64,000 nucleotides of DNA from positions 22,810 through 86,809 of IMG/VR virus record IMGVR_UViG_3300033069_001247; one strand, 5' to 3'. The notes beneath the pieces are model-generated. The model made no database searches. It had not been told where the DNA came from and was given only the letters and a program-made list of their open reading frames with translations. The translations under genes and the position numbers were made by a program. Position 1 is the stretch's first letter, and every line of letters begins with the position of its first letter. Below, piece after piece: positions 36,075 to 46,236 of this stretch. Origin of the DNA: a virus (Duplodnaviria > Caudoviricetes).

Positions 36075-37698
36075 TCACGCCGTCATCAAGGTAAAGAATA
36101 CCCGGGCCGTGATCGGCAAGCATACGTTCAATGACGTGGTGCAGTACGTATCCGGCTGGGGATTGAACAGTATTCCGATGGCATCACTACAGGTGGCTGT
36201 TGGTCGTAATGTCAACGGCAATGCACTGGCAAAAATTCATCACGCTGCCAAGGACTTGCGGAATCAGCAAAAGGCAGAAGTCTATGTGACCTTTGAAGTC
36301 ACTGATGTGGAAGATGCCGATCCAGGTGTCGAGACAGGCGAGATCAAAGTTTTTGAGGGAACTGTTGTCGGTACTGGCTGGCAGCGGGGTCCTAATGGTG
36401 GTTACTTCACGATCAACCTGTTGCATTGGTTAGGTGAACTCAACAACTCATCAGCTATCTCGGCATCGCTACATCCTGGTTGTCCGGCAGACATGACATT
36501 CCCGGCTGTGTTTCCGGCGTTCGGATTGAACACGACAACACCGAAGGTCACACCGATTCCATCGTTCGTTCCAGATATCAGCGGTGATGTGGCTGGTGGT
36601 TTTGATGACCTCTGGGGCAATGTGTTTTTACCGTGGCTGAATACGATCGCCAGCGATGACGCTTTCGATCGGGCTTATGATGACGCCAATGCGAAAGGGA
36701 ACCCTAACGTTATTGCAGCGCTTAAACGGATGGTGGTGAACGCAGACGGGACACCGTTAGCTGTTGATCTGAACGGAGCCTCTGCAGCAGTCTTTGCTGA
36801 TTCGCTACGACTGGCGCTGGTCAACGAGATCGGCAGCAACTGGATCAACACGACGCTCTGGGGCAAGATTATCGGTGAATGGGCACCGGCTTACTGGTTC
36901 TCTGTTGTACCCCGCGTAGAAGACGCCTTGGTTGTACCGTTTACAGGGGGCCTGCAGGGAGCGCCATGGGCCGTCATTGGTGACGAAGATTATGACAGCG
37001 CGGACATGAACGCACAGCTGCAGCAAGTGCTGCGTGGTGTCAGCATTGTGCATCCTATCACGACATCCACATCATTCGATCTTAATCTCGGCATACCACA
37101 AGCATCCCGCAGTGGGGCACTGGGTATCTACCAGCCCGACGATATCAAAACAGGTATGATCCTGTTCAAAGATGCACCAAAGTGGCTCTGCAATACCAAC
37201 GTCGCCCACTTGATGTCGGCAGACGCTGAAGGGGTGTTGGATGCTGAAGTCACAACCGCTTTGGATGAGATCAATTCTGCTGCCGTTACAAACCGCAGAG
37301 ACGAGGCCAACGACCTGGGACTGCTTCGTAATGTAGCCTCCGCATATGCTCACCAGTGGTATGTACTGGAGTCACTGAAAGGCAGAACAGGTGAGGTTGC
37401 CGGTAAATTGCGATTCGATATCGCCCCGGGCTCCAACGTTCTGGTTGTGGCGGGAGGGGCCAAAAACGTCCCGGATGCTAAGAACGTCACGCAGAACATC
37501 TTTGCGACGGTAGTCCAGGTGTCGTACGTGATTAACGCTGAAACACGGCAAGCCGGTACGGCTTTCAGCTTGGCCCACATTCGCACAGAAGCAGAAAACG
37601 AATTGGAGTCTACGTCTGTCGCCAAGCCGCCGTTGTACCAGAAAGCCTGGTCTGGTGCTAAACTGGTCGTTGCAGCTCCTGGACCTGAAAAGGCGTAA
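36067..37698 (+). CDS. Baseplate hub protein (T4 gp27/Mu gp44-like)
   Basis: WGLNSIPMASLQV, KVFEGTVVG and C-terminal LRFDIAPGS...TVVQVSYVIN patterns; context. Confidence 0.6.
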   Translation: MSSHAVIKVKNTRAVIGKHTFNDVVQYVSGWGLNSIPMASLQVAVGRNVNGNALAKIHHAAKDLRNQQKAEVYVTFEVTDVEDADPGVETGEIKVFEGTVVGTGWQRGPNGGYFTINLLHWLGELNNSSAISASLHPGCPADMTFPAVFPAFGLNTTTPKVTPIPSFVPDISGDVAGGFDDLWGNVFLPWLNTIASDDAFDRAYDDANAKGNPNVIAALKRMVVNADGTPLAVDLNGASAAVFADSLRLALVNEIGSNWINTTLWGKIIGEWAPAYWFSVVPRVEDALVVPFTGGLQGAPWAVIGDEDYDSADMNAQLQQVLRGVSIVHPITTSTSFDLNLGIPQASRSGALGIYQPDDIKTGMILFKDAPKWLCNTNVAHLMSADAEGVLDAEVTTALDEINSAAVTNRRDEANDLGLLRNVASAYAHQWYVLESLKGRTGEVAGKLRFDIAPGSNVLVVAGGAKNVPDAKNVTQNIFATVVQVSYVINAETRQAGTAFSLAHIRTEAENELESTSVAKPPLYQKAWSGAKLVVAAPGPEKA

Positions 37699-38504
37699 TG
37701 ATGCCATTCAAATCCATCATCGACCAATCACTACCATTCGCCTCCGAAGGTTCCAGCGATGCTACGCGGTTGGAGCCGGATTTCGCGGATGATTTCCACG
37801 CATGGAAAGGCAATGACACACCAGTCACACGGGGAGCGTTGCTGAAACGAGTATCCCCGGTGATTGATCGCGCTGTGGTCTCCTACGCAGGAGCTGATGC
37901 CAGCCCTTCGGTACGCAGTCGTGCCAAGCTGATGACGCTACAGGCCTTCAAAACATACGACCCCGCCCGTGGAACTATGCGGACGCACCTGCTATCGCAA
38001 TTGCAGGGTCTGCGACGTACGGCCGCGCAGAGCAATCAAATCATCTCTGTCCCTGAACGGGTAGCCCTGGATCGGCAGCATCTGCGAGAAGCAGAAGAAG
38101 AGCTACGTGATAAATTCGGGCGTGAGCCCAGCGACATGGAGGTCGCAAATTACACGGGGTTGTCGATGCGCCGTCTCGGGTACGTGCGGCAGGCCGCCCC
38201 GGGTACGAATACAGGGTCGATCCTGGACGAGGAGGGTGATGTCTACAGCCCGGCCTCTAATGTCCCGGGAGCACACAGCCAGGACGATGCATGGGCAGAC
38301 ATGGTCTACTACGACCTGGGGGACACAGATCGCACGATCATGGAATACACTTTGGGTCTACGAGGGGCACCTGTGTTGTCCAACGTAGACCTTGCTGCAA
38401 AACTCGGTGTGTCACCTGGAGCCGTCAGCCAGCGGAAGGCCAAGATTCAGGCAATGCTGGACGCCAGATCTGAAATGGATCCTTTTGGAGGACGTAATGC
38501 CTAA
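37698..38504 (+). CDS. RNA polymerase sigma70-family factor (SigF/FliA-like regions 2-4)
   Basis: Region 2 AFKTYDPARG...; region 3 LRDKFGREPSDMEVANYTGLS; region 4 HTH DLGDTDRTIMEYTLGL...SNVDLAAKLGVSPGAVSQRKAKI. Confidence 0.88.
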   Translation: MMPFKSIIDQSLPFASEGSSDATRLEPDFADDFHAWKGNDTPVTRGALLKRVSPVIDRAVVSYAGADASPSVRSRAKLMTLQAFKTYDPARGTMRTHLLSQLQGLRRTAAQSNQIISVPERVALDRQHLREAEEELRDKFGREPSDMEVANYTGLSMRRLGYVRQAAPGTNTGSILDEEGDVYSPASNVPGAHSQDDAWADMVYYDLGDTDRTIMEYTLGLRGAPVLSNVDLAAKLGVSPGAVSQRKAKIQAMLDARSEMDPFGGRNA

Positions 38505-38991
38505 CGCACCACAAGGAGGGAAGGCAGGGCAGAAACTGGGCGACATCCACGACGTATTCCGAAAACGGCTGAAAGAACTGCAATTGCAGGCGCAGCAAGC
38601 ACAGAATGCGTTTCAGGGTCAGACACAACGGGAATGGCAGGTCCCTACGGAACTGCAGGGCAGCCTGCTTGACATTGCGAATCTGCATAAACCTGCGTTC
38701 GATCGAACCAAGATCAACGACAATTACGAAGACGTGGTCAAAGATGCGTCAAAACCAGGCACGGTGGGTGATGTCATCGGTCTGCAACTACAGGTTGACT
38801 ACAACGCCTGTGAAGAGCGGGCGTTTCGCGCACGCAGTACGTCAATTTGTCGAGCAATGTGTTTAGGGCATGCCCGTCGCTTTGGGCAAGGCCACGGTAA
38901 CCTGTGGGACGACAAGACAGGTATCGAAGCAGGAGTCAACGGATTTATCGCAGCTGGAGGTATCGCACCACCCGGAGGTGCCTCGTCATGA
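38497..38991 (+). CDS. Hypothetical protein
   Basis: GGAGGA RBS before ATG 38497; overlaps both neighbours. Confidence 0.6.
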   Translation: MPNAPQGGKAGQKLGDIHDVFRKRLKELQLQAQQAQNAFQGQTQREWQVPTELQGSLLDIANLHKPAFDRTKINDNYEDVVKDASKPGTVGDVIGLQLQVDYNACEERAFRARSTSICRAMCLGHARRFGQGHGNLWDDKTGIEAGVNGFIAAGGIAPPGGASS

Positions 38992-39473
38992 ACGCGGTTG
39001 ATTACCTGAATCGTAAGTTCGATGTGTTGTCGTTTAATGGGGTGCAGCTGCACGGGCAACAGCCATTGCAGCAATCCCTGTTCAGCTTTGGCGACAGCGG
39101 CAGTGTGTGTACTGGAATCCAGAAGCTGGCACAACGCTGGTTGCTAGAGTTTCTGACCGAACAAGGGTCAATGGGTTTCCAGCTCAGCGGACGTGGCAGT
39201 TCATTCATGACCTGGGTACGGCAAGGCCGTCTACGCTCTGAGTTCGACGTACAGACGTTCTTCAATTTTGCAGAGCTGCAGGTGCAGACCAACCTGAAGG
39301 CAGAGGAAACAGACGACCAACCGGATGAAGAACGCTTCGACAGTGCAACGCTGTCGCAGATTCTTTTACTGGACGACAGTATCGGATTAGTTGTCTTGAT
39401 TCGCAGTCGGGCCGGTGATACCCGAGAGATCATTCTGCCGATCAATATCACACCAGTGAACATGCAAGTATAG
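38988..39473 (+). CDS. Baseplate wedge protein, gp25-like
   Basis: TGIQKLAQRWLLEFLTEQGS; size and position before the baseplate J-like gene. Confidence 0.7.
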   Translation: MNAVDYLNRKFDVLSFNGVQLHGQQPLQQSLFSFGDSGSVCTGIQKLAQRWLLEFLTEQGSMGFQLSGRGSSFMTWVRQGRLRSEFDVQTFFNFAELQVQTNLKAEETDDQPDEERFDSATLSQILLLDDSIGLVVLIRSRAGDTREIILPINITPVNMQV

Positions 39474-39482
39474 GAGTCTGCG

Positions 39483-41120
39483 ATGGGTTTGAAGATCGTA
39501 TCAATCGACGAACTTGATCCGACCCTGGTTGCACAGGTGCAGGACGAGCTGTCACAGATGCTGCAGGAACGTTACCCAGAAGTCGAACTGACACGGGGCG
39601 TCATTCATGACATCGTGTTGTTCTTGCATGGGGTCTGCGGTGCTATCAACCAGACAGAGATCAACCGGGTGTTGAACTCGCGATCGCTACTGGCTATCCG
39701 TCAGAATCCACAGCTGGCCGATCCGGAGCTGGTCGACCACGTACTGTCCAACTTCAAGATCAGTCGCAAAACCGGGCTGCGTGCCCGTGGGAATATCACC
39801 ATTGTCGTGACTGGCAGTGCCACCATGGTGATTGCAGCCGACGCGCAGTATTCAGCAAACGGTTTGAACTTTCGGACGAATGCAGCCATCAGTGCTCGTC
39901 CGCCAGGCACAATCACCACAGACATCAATGACCGTGTGCTCGAACCTCGCGGTGATGGCACGTTTGAGTTCTCAGTACCTGCCACTGCCGAAGATGTCGG
40001 CGAATCGTACAACGTTCGTACGAACACGAAGTTTACACCGACGGTCCCGCCACAACGATTTGTTACGGCCTTCAGCGCAGACGATTTCACAGGCGGAACG
40101 CTGACTGAAACCAACGCTCAACTTGTCAGTCGTATGGAGGCAGGTATTGCTGCCCCTGTGGTTGCCGGTCGCGGGAACATCACGGCATTGATCAAGAGTC
40201 AGCCGGTATTCGCCGATATCAAGAATGTATCGGTGATCGGTTACGGTGATCCAGAGATGACCCGTGACCAGCACAGCATCATCCCGATCTCCAGCGGTGG
40301 TCGAATCGACATCTACTGCCAGACAGACGCCCTCCCGCAAACCGTTGCCTTGCGGCGACAGGCCCGACTGATCGAGAAACGTACCAACGACTCCATCTGG
40401 CAGTTGACCATCCACAGGGACGACGCCCCAGGGTTCTACGAAGTGGCGGCAATCCGCACATTAACTGAAGCAACTGACAGCGCTGGCTGCCAAGTCATTA
40501 GCGACCAACGCGGATGGGATCTCGGAGACGACACCTGGACGCCAGACATCGTTACTGTCCAGGAAGCCTTCTATTCCCGGTACCAGACTGCCGTTGTCAG
40601 GTTCATCGACACATTGTCTGATGTCAGCGACATGAACATCGGTGACTCACAGGAATACAGCGTCAACCTGCTGACGCAACGATTGATCGGAGAGCTGCAG
40701 GATTTCCTGTCGTCCAGGGAGCACCGAAGTCTGACATCTGACATTCTGGTAAAGAGTGCTGTGCCGTGTTTCCTTAGCATCAATTTCGACATCATGAAGT
40801 CGGCCAGCGAGTCAGCACCAGATCTGGACGCCATTCGGGTAGCGATCGCCAGCTTTGTGAACAACCTGAACTTCCCTGGTGAGCTGTACAGTTCACAGGT
40901 GATGGACGTGATTCACAACCATCTCGTTGGCAGTCAAGCCGTGGGTAAGCTCGACATGCACGGGAATATCCGCCAACCGAATGGCGTGACCCGTATCATC
41001 CGTGATCCGCACATGCTGCAGATCCCAGCTTCCCCTAGTACACTGGTGACGGCGTACACGACGGTCTTCATTCTGCAGCCCAGCGACATTGGCATCAGTG
41101 TGGTCAATAGGAGTATCTGA
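39483..41120 (+). CDS. Baseplate J-like wedge protein (T4 gp6/P2 J)
   Basis: RARGNITI, VPATAEDVGESYNV, FTGGTLTETNAQLVSR, VSVIGYGDPEMTRD. Confidence 0.85.
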   Translation: MGLKIVSIDELDPTLVAQVQDELSQMLQERYPEVELTRGVIHDIVLFLHGVCGAINQTEINRVLNSRSLLAIRQNPQLADPELVDHVLSNFKISRKTGLRARGNITIVVTGSATMVIAADAQYSANGLNFRTNAAISARPPGTITTDINDRVLEPRGDGTFEFSVPATAEDVGESYNVRTNTKFTPTVPPQRFVTAFSADDFTGGTLTETNAQLVSRMEAGIAAPVVAGRGNITALIKSQPVFADIKNVSVIGYGDPEMTRDQHSIIPISSGGRIDIYCQTDALPQTVALRRQARLIEKRTNDSIWQLTIHRDDAPGFYEVAAIRTLTEATDSAGCQVISDQRGWDLGDDTWTPDIVTVQEAFYSRYQTAVVRFIDTLSDVSDMNIGDSQEYSVNLLTQRLIGELQDFLSSREHRSLTSDILVKSAVPCFLSINFDIMKSASESAPDLDAIRVAIASFVNNLNFPGELYSSQVMDVIHNHLVGSQAVGKLDMHGNIRQPNGVTRIIRDPHMLQIPASPSTLVTAYTTVFILQPSDIGISVVNRSI

Positions 41121-42721
41121 TGGCGAACTTCGAATACCCCGCCACAGATTACGATACGCCAGCGAACCTGCTGGCAGTATTAGGAAGCTGGTGGGCTGAC
41201 AAATACTCCGGACGCGATCAAGTCGCCGCTGTAGTCGACGCACGGGCTAGTATAGAGACACAGGCCGTGTTCGACCTGCTGGAACTGATCAGTGCCATGA
41301 GTCGCTTCACGGTACCGGTTTACCATACCCGGTACTGGTACCCGTTGTACCTGCGGGCGAGTCAACGGAATACGCCAGCCAGCCAGCTGCACCGCTATGA
41401 CGACGGGCTCGCCTACGATGCAGGCGGACAGTATGACGTACCGGTCACCACGTTGCTGCATGCTTTCCCGTGTCCGACCGACCTGGTCAATGCTCCGGTC
41501 ATCATGAACCGCTTCGTCGCCCCGACGCTGACACAACTGAGTGGTGTTGATTATCGACTGGTTGACGGACAGATCGTGTTCCAGCGGAACCCGTTTGACG
41601 ATATCCATGTGGCCAAGCGTGCGGTTTATACAGACGGCATAGTCACCGACACCGAAGCGGTACTGTGGGTGTATCGCGGCGAGTTCGACTGGGAGACCAC
41701 CTATAAGCAATTTGGTTACGCCGTCGGTATGCAGATGCAATCCAGCAAGGGCTACAACAGCCTGCTGAATGCGGTGTATGACGCCATTGTCGGCGGTACC
41801 ACTACAGCCGACGTGATCAACGCGTTGTCTGCTATGACAGGTGTACCGCTTGTCCGGGAGACCGTTGAGACCGTTATCGATATCGTGGAAGACAACACCC
41901 GTCTGCTGATCATCACCGACCTGCACGTCTACCAGTTCAAACTGACAGCCAATCCTGTCGTAGCCATCGGTGACACAGTTCAACAGGGACAGCCACTCAC
42001 CGATGCTTTCCGTGTTTACGAGTTGAACCACGGAACTACGCCCCAGGATCTGTACTCCCTGGCAATCGGACCCGGCTTTCTGGCAACCTGTTTCTACGCA
42101 GATCTGGTCTTCGAGAACAAGGATGTCCCGCTCCAGGTCGATACCAACCACCCGTCGGGTTACACAATGGTAAGCTGGGGTCTGGGAGGGTTCCCTTTGG
42201 ATGTCGCCCACTTCTTTGAAGAGATGCACGCCCGCGGGGTGCAGGCAGCACAGCAGCCGGTCGACACATGCAATACCGCAGACACCATTCGCTATCCGGA
42301 AAATGGCTGTGACGCCACAGACGTACTCGGTCGACGAGGTACGCTGGCCCACCTGCTCGATATCCGGACTGTCCGTACCGGGGAGCCCGGTCCGCAACAG
42401 TTACCGACCACGATCAACCCGCTGCGTTTCCTGATTGAAAACGTACTACGGAACAATACCATCGTTGTACGTATCTCTGTGACCGCTCTCGGGGTTGCTG
42501 GTGTAGGCCTGCAGCACACCCGCCTGCTGCGAAAGATCACACCACCAGACGCTGCGTTGATTATCCTGCTGGACCTGACGGCGGAGCCCGAGACGGTTAC
42601 AGTGGATGTCCTTACCGAGTCGATCAACCTGTTTGACGGGATGGCAATCCTGTCAGATACAGTAACCACCGTCAGCGACACCGGACCGTCCATTCAGTTG
42701 GTCGGCGGCACTTGTCAGTAA
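41120..42721 (+). CDS. Baseplate wedge protein (P2 I/T4 gp7-like position)
   Basis: Directly follows the J-like gene; TGATG overlap. Confidence 0.6.
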   Translation: MANFEYPATDYDTPANLLAVLGSWWADKYSGRDQVAAVVDARASIETQAVFDLLELISAMSRFTVPVYHTRYWYPLYLRASQRNTPASQLHRYDDGLAYDAGGQYDVPVTTLLHAFPCPTDLVNAPVIMNRFVAPTLTQLSGVDYRLVDGQIVFQRNPFDDIHVAKRAVYTDGIVTDTEAVLWVYRGEFDWETTYKQFGYAVGMQMQSSKGYNSLLNAVYDAIVGGTTTADVINALSAMTGVPLVRETVETVIDIVEDNTRLLIITDLHVYQFKLTANPVVAIGDTVQQGQPLTDAFRVYELNHGTTPQDLYSLAIGPGFLATCFYADLVFENKDVPLQVDTNHPSGYTMVSWGLGGFPLDVAHFFEEMHARGVQAAQQPVDTCNTADTIRYPENGCDATDVLGRRGTLAHLLDIRTVRTGEPGPQQLPTTINPLRFLIENVLRNNTIVVRISVTALGVAGVGLQHTRLLRKITPPDAALIILLDLTAEPETVTVDVLTESINLFDGMAILSDTVTTVSDTGPSIQLVGGTCQ

Positions 42722-42730
42722 AGGAATACC

Positions 42731-43321
42731 ATGCTGCCATCCATCAACGGTCAAGTGACGGTGTACGAGATCAACGAAGATACGTCACGCCGTCATATTC
42801 TGACGCAGTACAACCAGATCCAGTACGACTGGGGTGCGATCGCGACCCGCTGCATCGGCAAGGGCGAACGGAACTATCGTGTCAGTGCAATGTACGTCGA
42901 ATTCGAGAACGTGGCATCGCCCGGGAATGCCGTGACTATCCCGACATACGATCGCAGCGAGGGTCGCAGCTACTACCAGGATCTGCAGGATTCGGTCAAC
43001 CGCGACTTCCTGCGCATTCCGTTGCTGTACGAGCCATCTATCAGGATCCAGTCCGGGCGTGAAGATTATTTCGAAGAAGGGCTGACCGGCGATGTGTTGC
43101 GATTTGCTGCCCAATCGCAGGGCAGCGTAGGGTTCCATGGTAAGACGTTCAGTGCTGGTACGAATTCCAAAGTCTTTGGTGTGGCACTGGTTGCCACGCC
43201 TGTGTTCAGTGATCCAACCCAGGATCTCATCTTTGCCCGCACGTATTTCCAGACATCGGAGCAATTGGTAGTCGCTGCATCCAAAGCAGTCGGGATTACC
43301 TGGGACGTGAATTTCGGCTAA
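42731..43321 (+). CDS. Baseplate/tail fibre attachment protein
   Basis: AAGGA RBS; beta-rich C-terminus LIFARTYF...GITWDVNF; context. Confidence 0.5.
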   Translation: MLPSINGQVTVYEINEDTSRRHILTQYNQIQYDWGAIATRCIGKGERNYRVSAMYVEFENVASPGNAVTIPTYDRSEGRSYYQDLQDSVNRDFLRIPLLYEPSIRIQSGREDYFEEGLTGDVLRFAAQSQGSVGFHGKTFSAGTNSKVFGVALVATPVFSDPTQDLIFARTYFQTSEQLVVAASKAVGITWDVNFG

Positions 43322-43357
43322 CATCGTCAGACTTCATGCAGTTCCAAGGAGGGACCT

Positions 43358-45268
43358 ATGCCGAACCCACGTAATTTCGGAAACCGCATACCGCACGTCA
43401 CTGCGGGGTCTTCTGTCTCCGCCGGTAACACCAGTGCGTCAACACGCGCACTGGAGCAGCGAACCAACTACCTGCGTGAAGTGCTGGAAGCTATCGAAGC
43501 AGGCTCATTGCTTGTCCGTCGGGATCAGCGGGTGGCTGTCGAGGTCCAGGAAGGCGATGCCGTCTTCTGGAACGTCACCACACAGCAGTACGAACAGGCC
43601 CTTGCTGCCGTTACCAATGACGCAGACACAGGCCTGTTCTCGACGTTACCCAGTGCGGATTGCCTGGGTCTTTGCATGATCAAAGACAACCCCCGAGCCG
43701 CTACGATCGCCATGATGGGGATGGTGAAGTTCCCGGCTGCTGTGTTGTCCAACATGATCGATGGTACACCGGTACCCGGGCGTTACTACCTGTCGGCTGC
43801 CGATCCCGGGAAACTGGTCAAACAACGCCCACCAATCAGCGTAGCGATTGCCTTCGTACTGGGTCCGATCACTGACTGCGAATCCGATGTCTGGGTGCAG
43901 ATCAATCCACAGATGCGGGACTTCCTCGAAGATCACATCCACTATCAGGTCGAACTGGTAGCGGCCCCGGCAGGTACGCACGTCCCACCCAGCGTGGGCG
44001 ATGATCATGAGATCACCGACGCGGACGCGGAGCTGCAGGGCTGGCTTCCTGCAGATCATGCTGTGTTCAATGGTAAAGCTCCTACCGGTGCAGTGTTTGG
44101 TTACAACCTGTCAGCTCATCCAGCGTTGAAAGCCAACTGGCCACCTATCCCTGTCAGTTCTGCCGTGCTGGAAATGCACCAGCGGCCTGTCAGTGACATC
44201 GTCTCACAGTTCGAAGGGTACAGCCGTGTCCCGGCGACTTATGTCACGATGGACAACTACGGCATCTGGTGGATGACCAGGTGCTACAACCAGGTCCCCT
44301 GGGACACGTTGCTGGACACCGAAACACCGGTCAATGGCTCTATGTCATCTGTAGCCCTGGCGACTTGTCCAGAGGACCCACCGACGGCACTGCTCCTGTC
44401 ATTTGTAAAGATGACCTTCACCACGGATAAGACCGTAGTGACATCGTTGCAACCAGCCGCAGACGAACCAATTCGCTTTGTCAACTGCGACGGTAGCGAC
44501 GCTACGACTGGTCAGCTCTTTGCGAAGCTGGACGTACAGTCACTTGTTGACCCCGCACTGGTCCAGGGTGGACTGGTGTTGAAAGAAGTTGTGGACAGTA
44601 AACTCCATTTCCGACAGGGATGGGTAACAGAAGGCTTATACGCCGGATCCGATGAAGTCATTCTCAACGGCACGACTCAACGGCTGTTAAACCCATCTTT
44701 GCCGGAGGGAGTCAGTAACCCCCGGCTGCATCAAGGCATCATTCGTCTTGACGTGCAGCGAGACACGAGTGAACGCGAGATCCATCCGCAAGTTGTGCGG
44801 CTGGCCGACGTTATCGAGAGAGAGTACAAGGGCATCACATGCTTGGCATTTCAACCGGGTCGTACGTCCGCGATGCGGATGCGGTACAACGTACCAATCA
44901 ACGGGTTACCGACAAACCCCCAGTTCCTTATTCGGGCAGTGCTGTTCGGCAGAGCAGCCGGACCAATGTCCGCAATGACAATGACGTATTACCGTATCCC
45001 CCGCCCGGTAGCCGGAACCCCGAGTACGATTGGTGAAGGTGACACAGCGATCACTTTCGACATTGTCACACCGTCGGACAACTACGACGGACTGGGCACC
45101 AATCTCCCTGCCGATCGGGCTATCGAAGTCAGCAGCGCAGCATTCGATATCTCGCCGGGTGATACCATCTTCGTGGAACTCAAGCGACTCGCGACAGCCA
45201 CGCCGTTGTTTCAAGCCGAAGTCGCTGTTATCCGCGCTGGTGGAATCATTGTGCCTGGGAGTGTGTGA
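43358..45268 (+). CDS. Tail fibre/baseplate structural protein
   Basis: AAGGAGG RBS; N-terminal LEQRTNYLRE typical of fibre attachment; VQEGDAVFW and PGRYYLS motifs. Confidence 0.6.
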   Translation: MPNPRNFGNRIPHVTAGSSVSAGNTSASTRALEQRTNYLREVLEAIEAGSLLVRRDQRVAVEVQEGDAVFWNVTTQQYEQALAAVTNDADTGLFSTLPSADCLGLCMIKDNPRAATIAMMGMVKFPAAVLSNMIDGTPVPGRYYLSAADPGKLVKQRPPISVAIAFVLGPITDCESDVWVQINPQMRDFLEDHIHYQVELVAAPAGTHVPPSVGDDHEITDADAELQGWLPADHAVFNGKAPTGAVFGYNLSAHPALKANWPPIPVSSAVLEMHQRPVSDIVSQFEGYSRVPATYVTMDNYGIWWMTRCYNQVPWDTLLDTETPVNGSMSSVALATCPEDPPTALLLSFVKMTFTTDKTVVTSLQPAADEPIRFVNCDGSDATTGQLFAKLDVQSLVDPALVQGGLVLKEVVDSKLHFRQGWVTEGLYAGSDEVILNGTTQRLLNPSLPEGVSNPRLHQGIIRLDVQRDTSEREIHPQVVRLADVIEREYKGITCLAFQPGRTSAMRMRYNVPINGLPTNPQFLIRAVLFGRAAGPMSAMTMTYYRIPRPVAGTPSTIGEGDTAITFDIVTPSDNYDGLGTNLPADRAIEVSSAAFDISPGDTIFVELKRLATATPLFQAEVAVIRAGGIIVPGSV

Positions 45269-46221
45269 TGGCATTTTCCAACTGGAATTTGCAGTTCCTC
45301 AATCACAACAGCCAGCGGGCCTACCCACTGGCTGATTGGGGTTCACGTACCGACAGTACGGGTACAATCAAGATCCCGGACAGCTTTATTCTGGGGCTGT
45401 ATCTGCCTGTGCATGCAGGTCTGACAGTGGATCCGGATAAGTTCTACCTGCAGGGCTTGGGGGTATATCCCACAGGCTTCAGCTTGGCGATCGGATACGA
45501 CAACGGAACCAGTACACCGCTGGTTGTGGCCAATGTCAACATTGCCAGTACCAGTCATACGGAGTATCGCACCTATGCCGTCTCCGGCGCCGGTGACTTC
45601 GACGACACCGTGGGTAAGGTAGTCATCGGTAAGCTGGATGAGATCAATCTGCTGCCGCCGGGGTACTACACGTTCCTGCCCGCTGCCACGCCGCTGGAAA
45701 CAGACACCATCCGTCCGATGATTCGCGGCATCAGTTCGCTGATCGTCGTCAACGGCAACGACCGCAGCCCACCGCTGGTTGGTGATATCGAGATCGCTGC
45801 AGGTAGCAACATGCGAATCGTAGCCAACACGATTGACGGGTTTGCTCCGCAGATCGTGTTCAACGCCATCTCTGGCGAAGGACTAAACGCGGCGTGTGAA
45901 TGCGATGACACAAGCGACGCTACAGGCATCCGTTTCATTAACGGGATCCCGCCGTTACAAGACGGCAACTTCCGTATGGTAGGTAACAAATGCATCTCGA
46001 TCCAACCGATTCAGAACGGACTCAGTTTCTCAGATTTGTGCTCACAGCCTTGCTGTGGTTGTACCGAACTGGAAGCCCTGACTCGCCAGATCGATCGATT
46101 TGCCGACGGTGTCGCAACCTTGCAGACGTTTGTGTCTACGGTCAGTGCTGAAACTACACAGATGTCCAACGTCGTCCTGGGTAGCCGTCTGTCTGATAAC
46201 GGCTGTGTCGAGTGCGGCTGA
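45268..46221 (+). CDS. Cys-rich tail/baseplate protein, paralog 1
   Basis: NSQRAYPL N-motif; FINGIPPLQDGNF; CSQPCCGC. Confidence 0.65.
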   Translation: MAFSNWNLQFLNHNSQRAYPLADWGSRTDSTGTIKIPDSFILGLYLPVHAGLTVDPDKFYLQGLGVYPTGFSLAIGYDNGTSTPLVVANVNIASTSHTEYRTYAVSGAGDFDDTVGKVVIGKLDEINLLPPGYYTFLPAATPLETDTIRPMIRGISSLIVVNGNDRSPPLVGDIEIAAGSNMRIVANTIDGFAPQIVFNAISGEGLNAACECDDTSDATGIRFINGIPPLQDGNFRMVGNKCISIQPIQNGLSFSDLCSQPCCGCTELEALTRQIDRFADGVATLQTFVSTVSAETTQMSNVVLGSRLSDNGCVECG

Positions 46222-46236
46222 TCTTCATGGTGTTCA

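Noticed and set aside
23047-43321. Contractile injection system (eCIS, tailocin or T6SS) rather than a phage
   Set aside because: Capsid, protease, neck and tape measure genes are in the same co-directional cluster.
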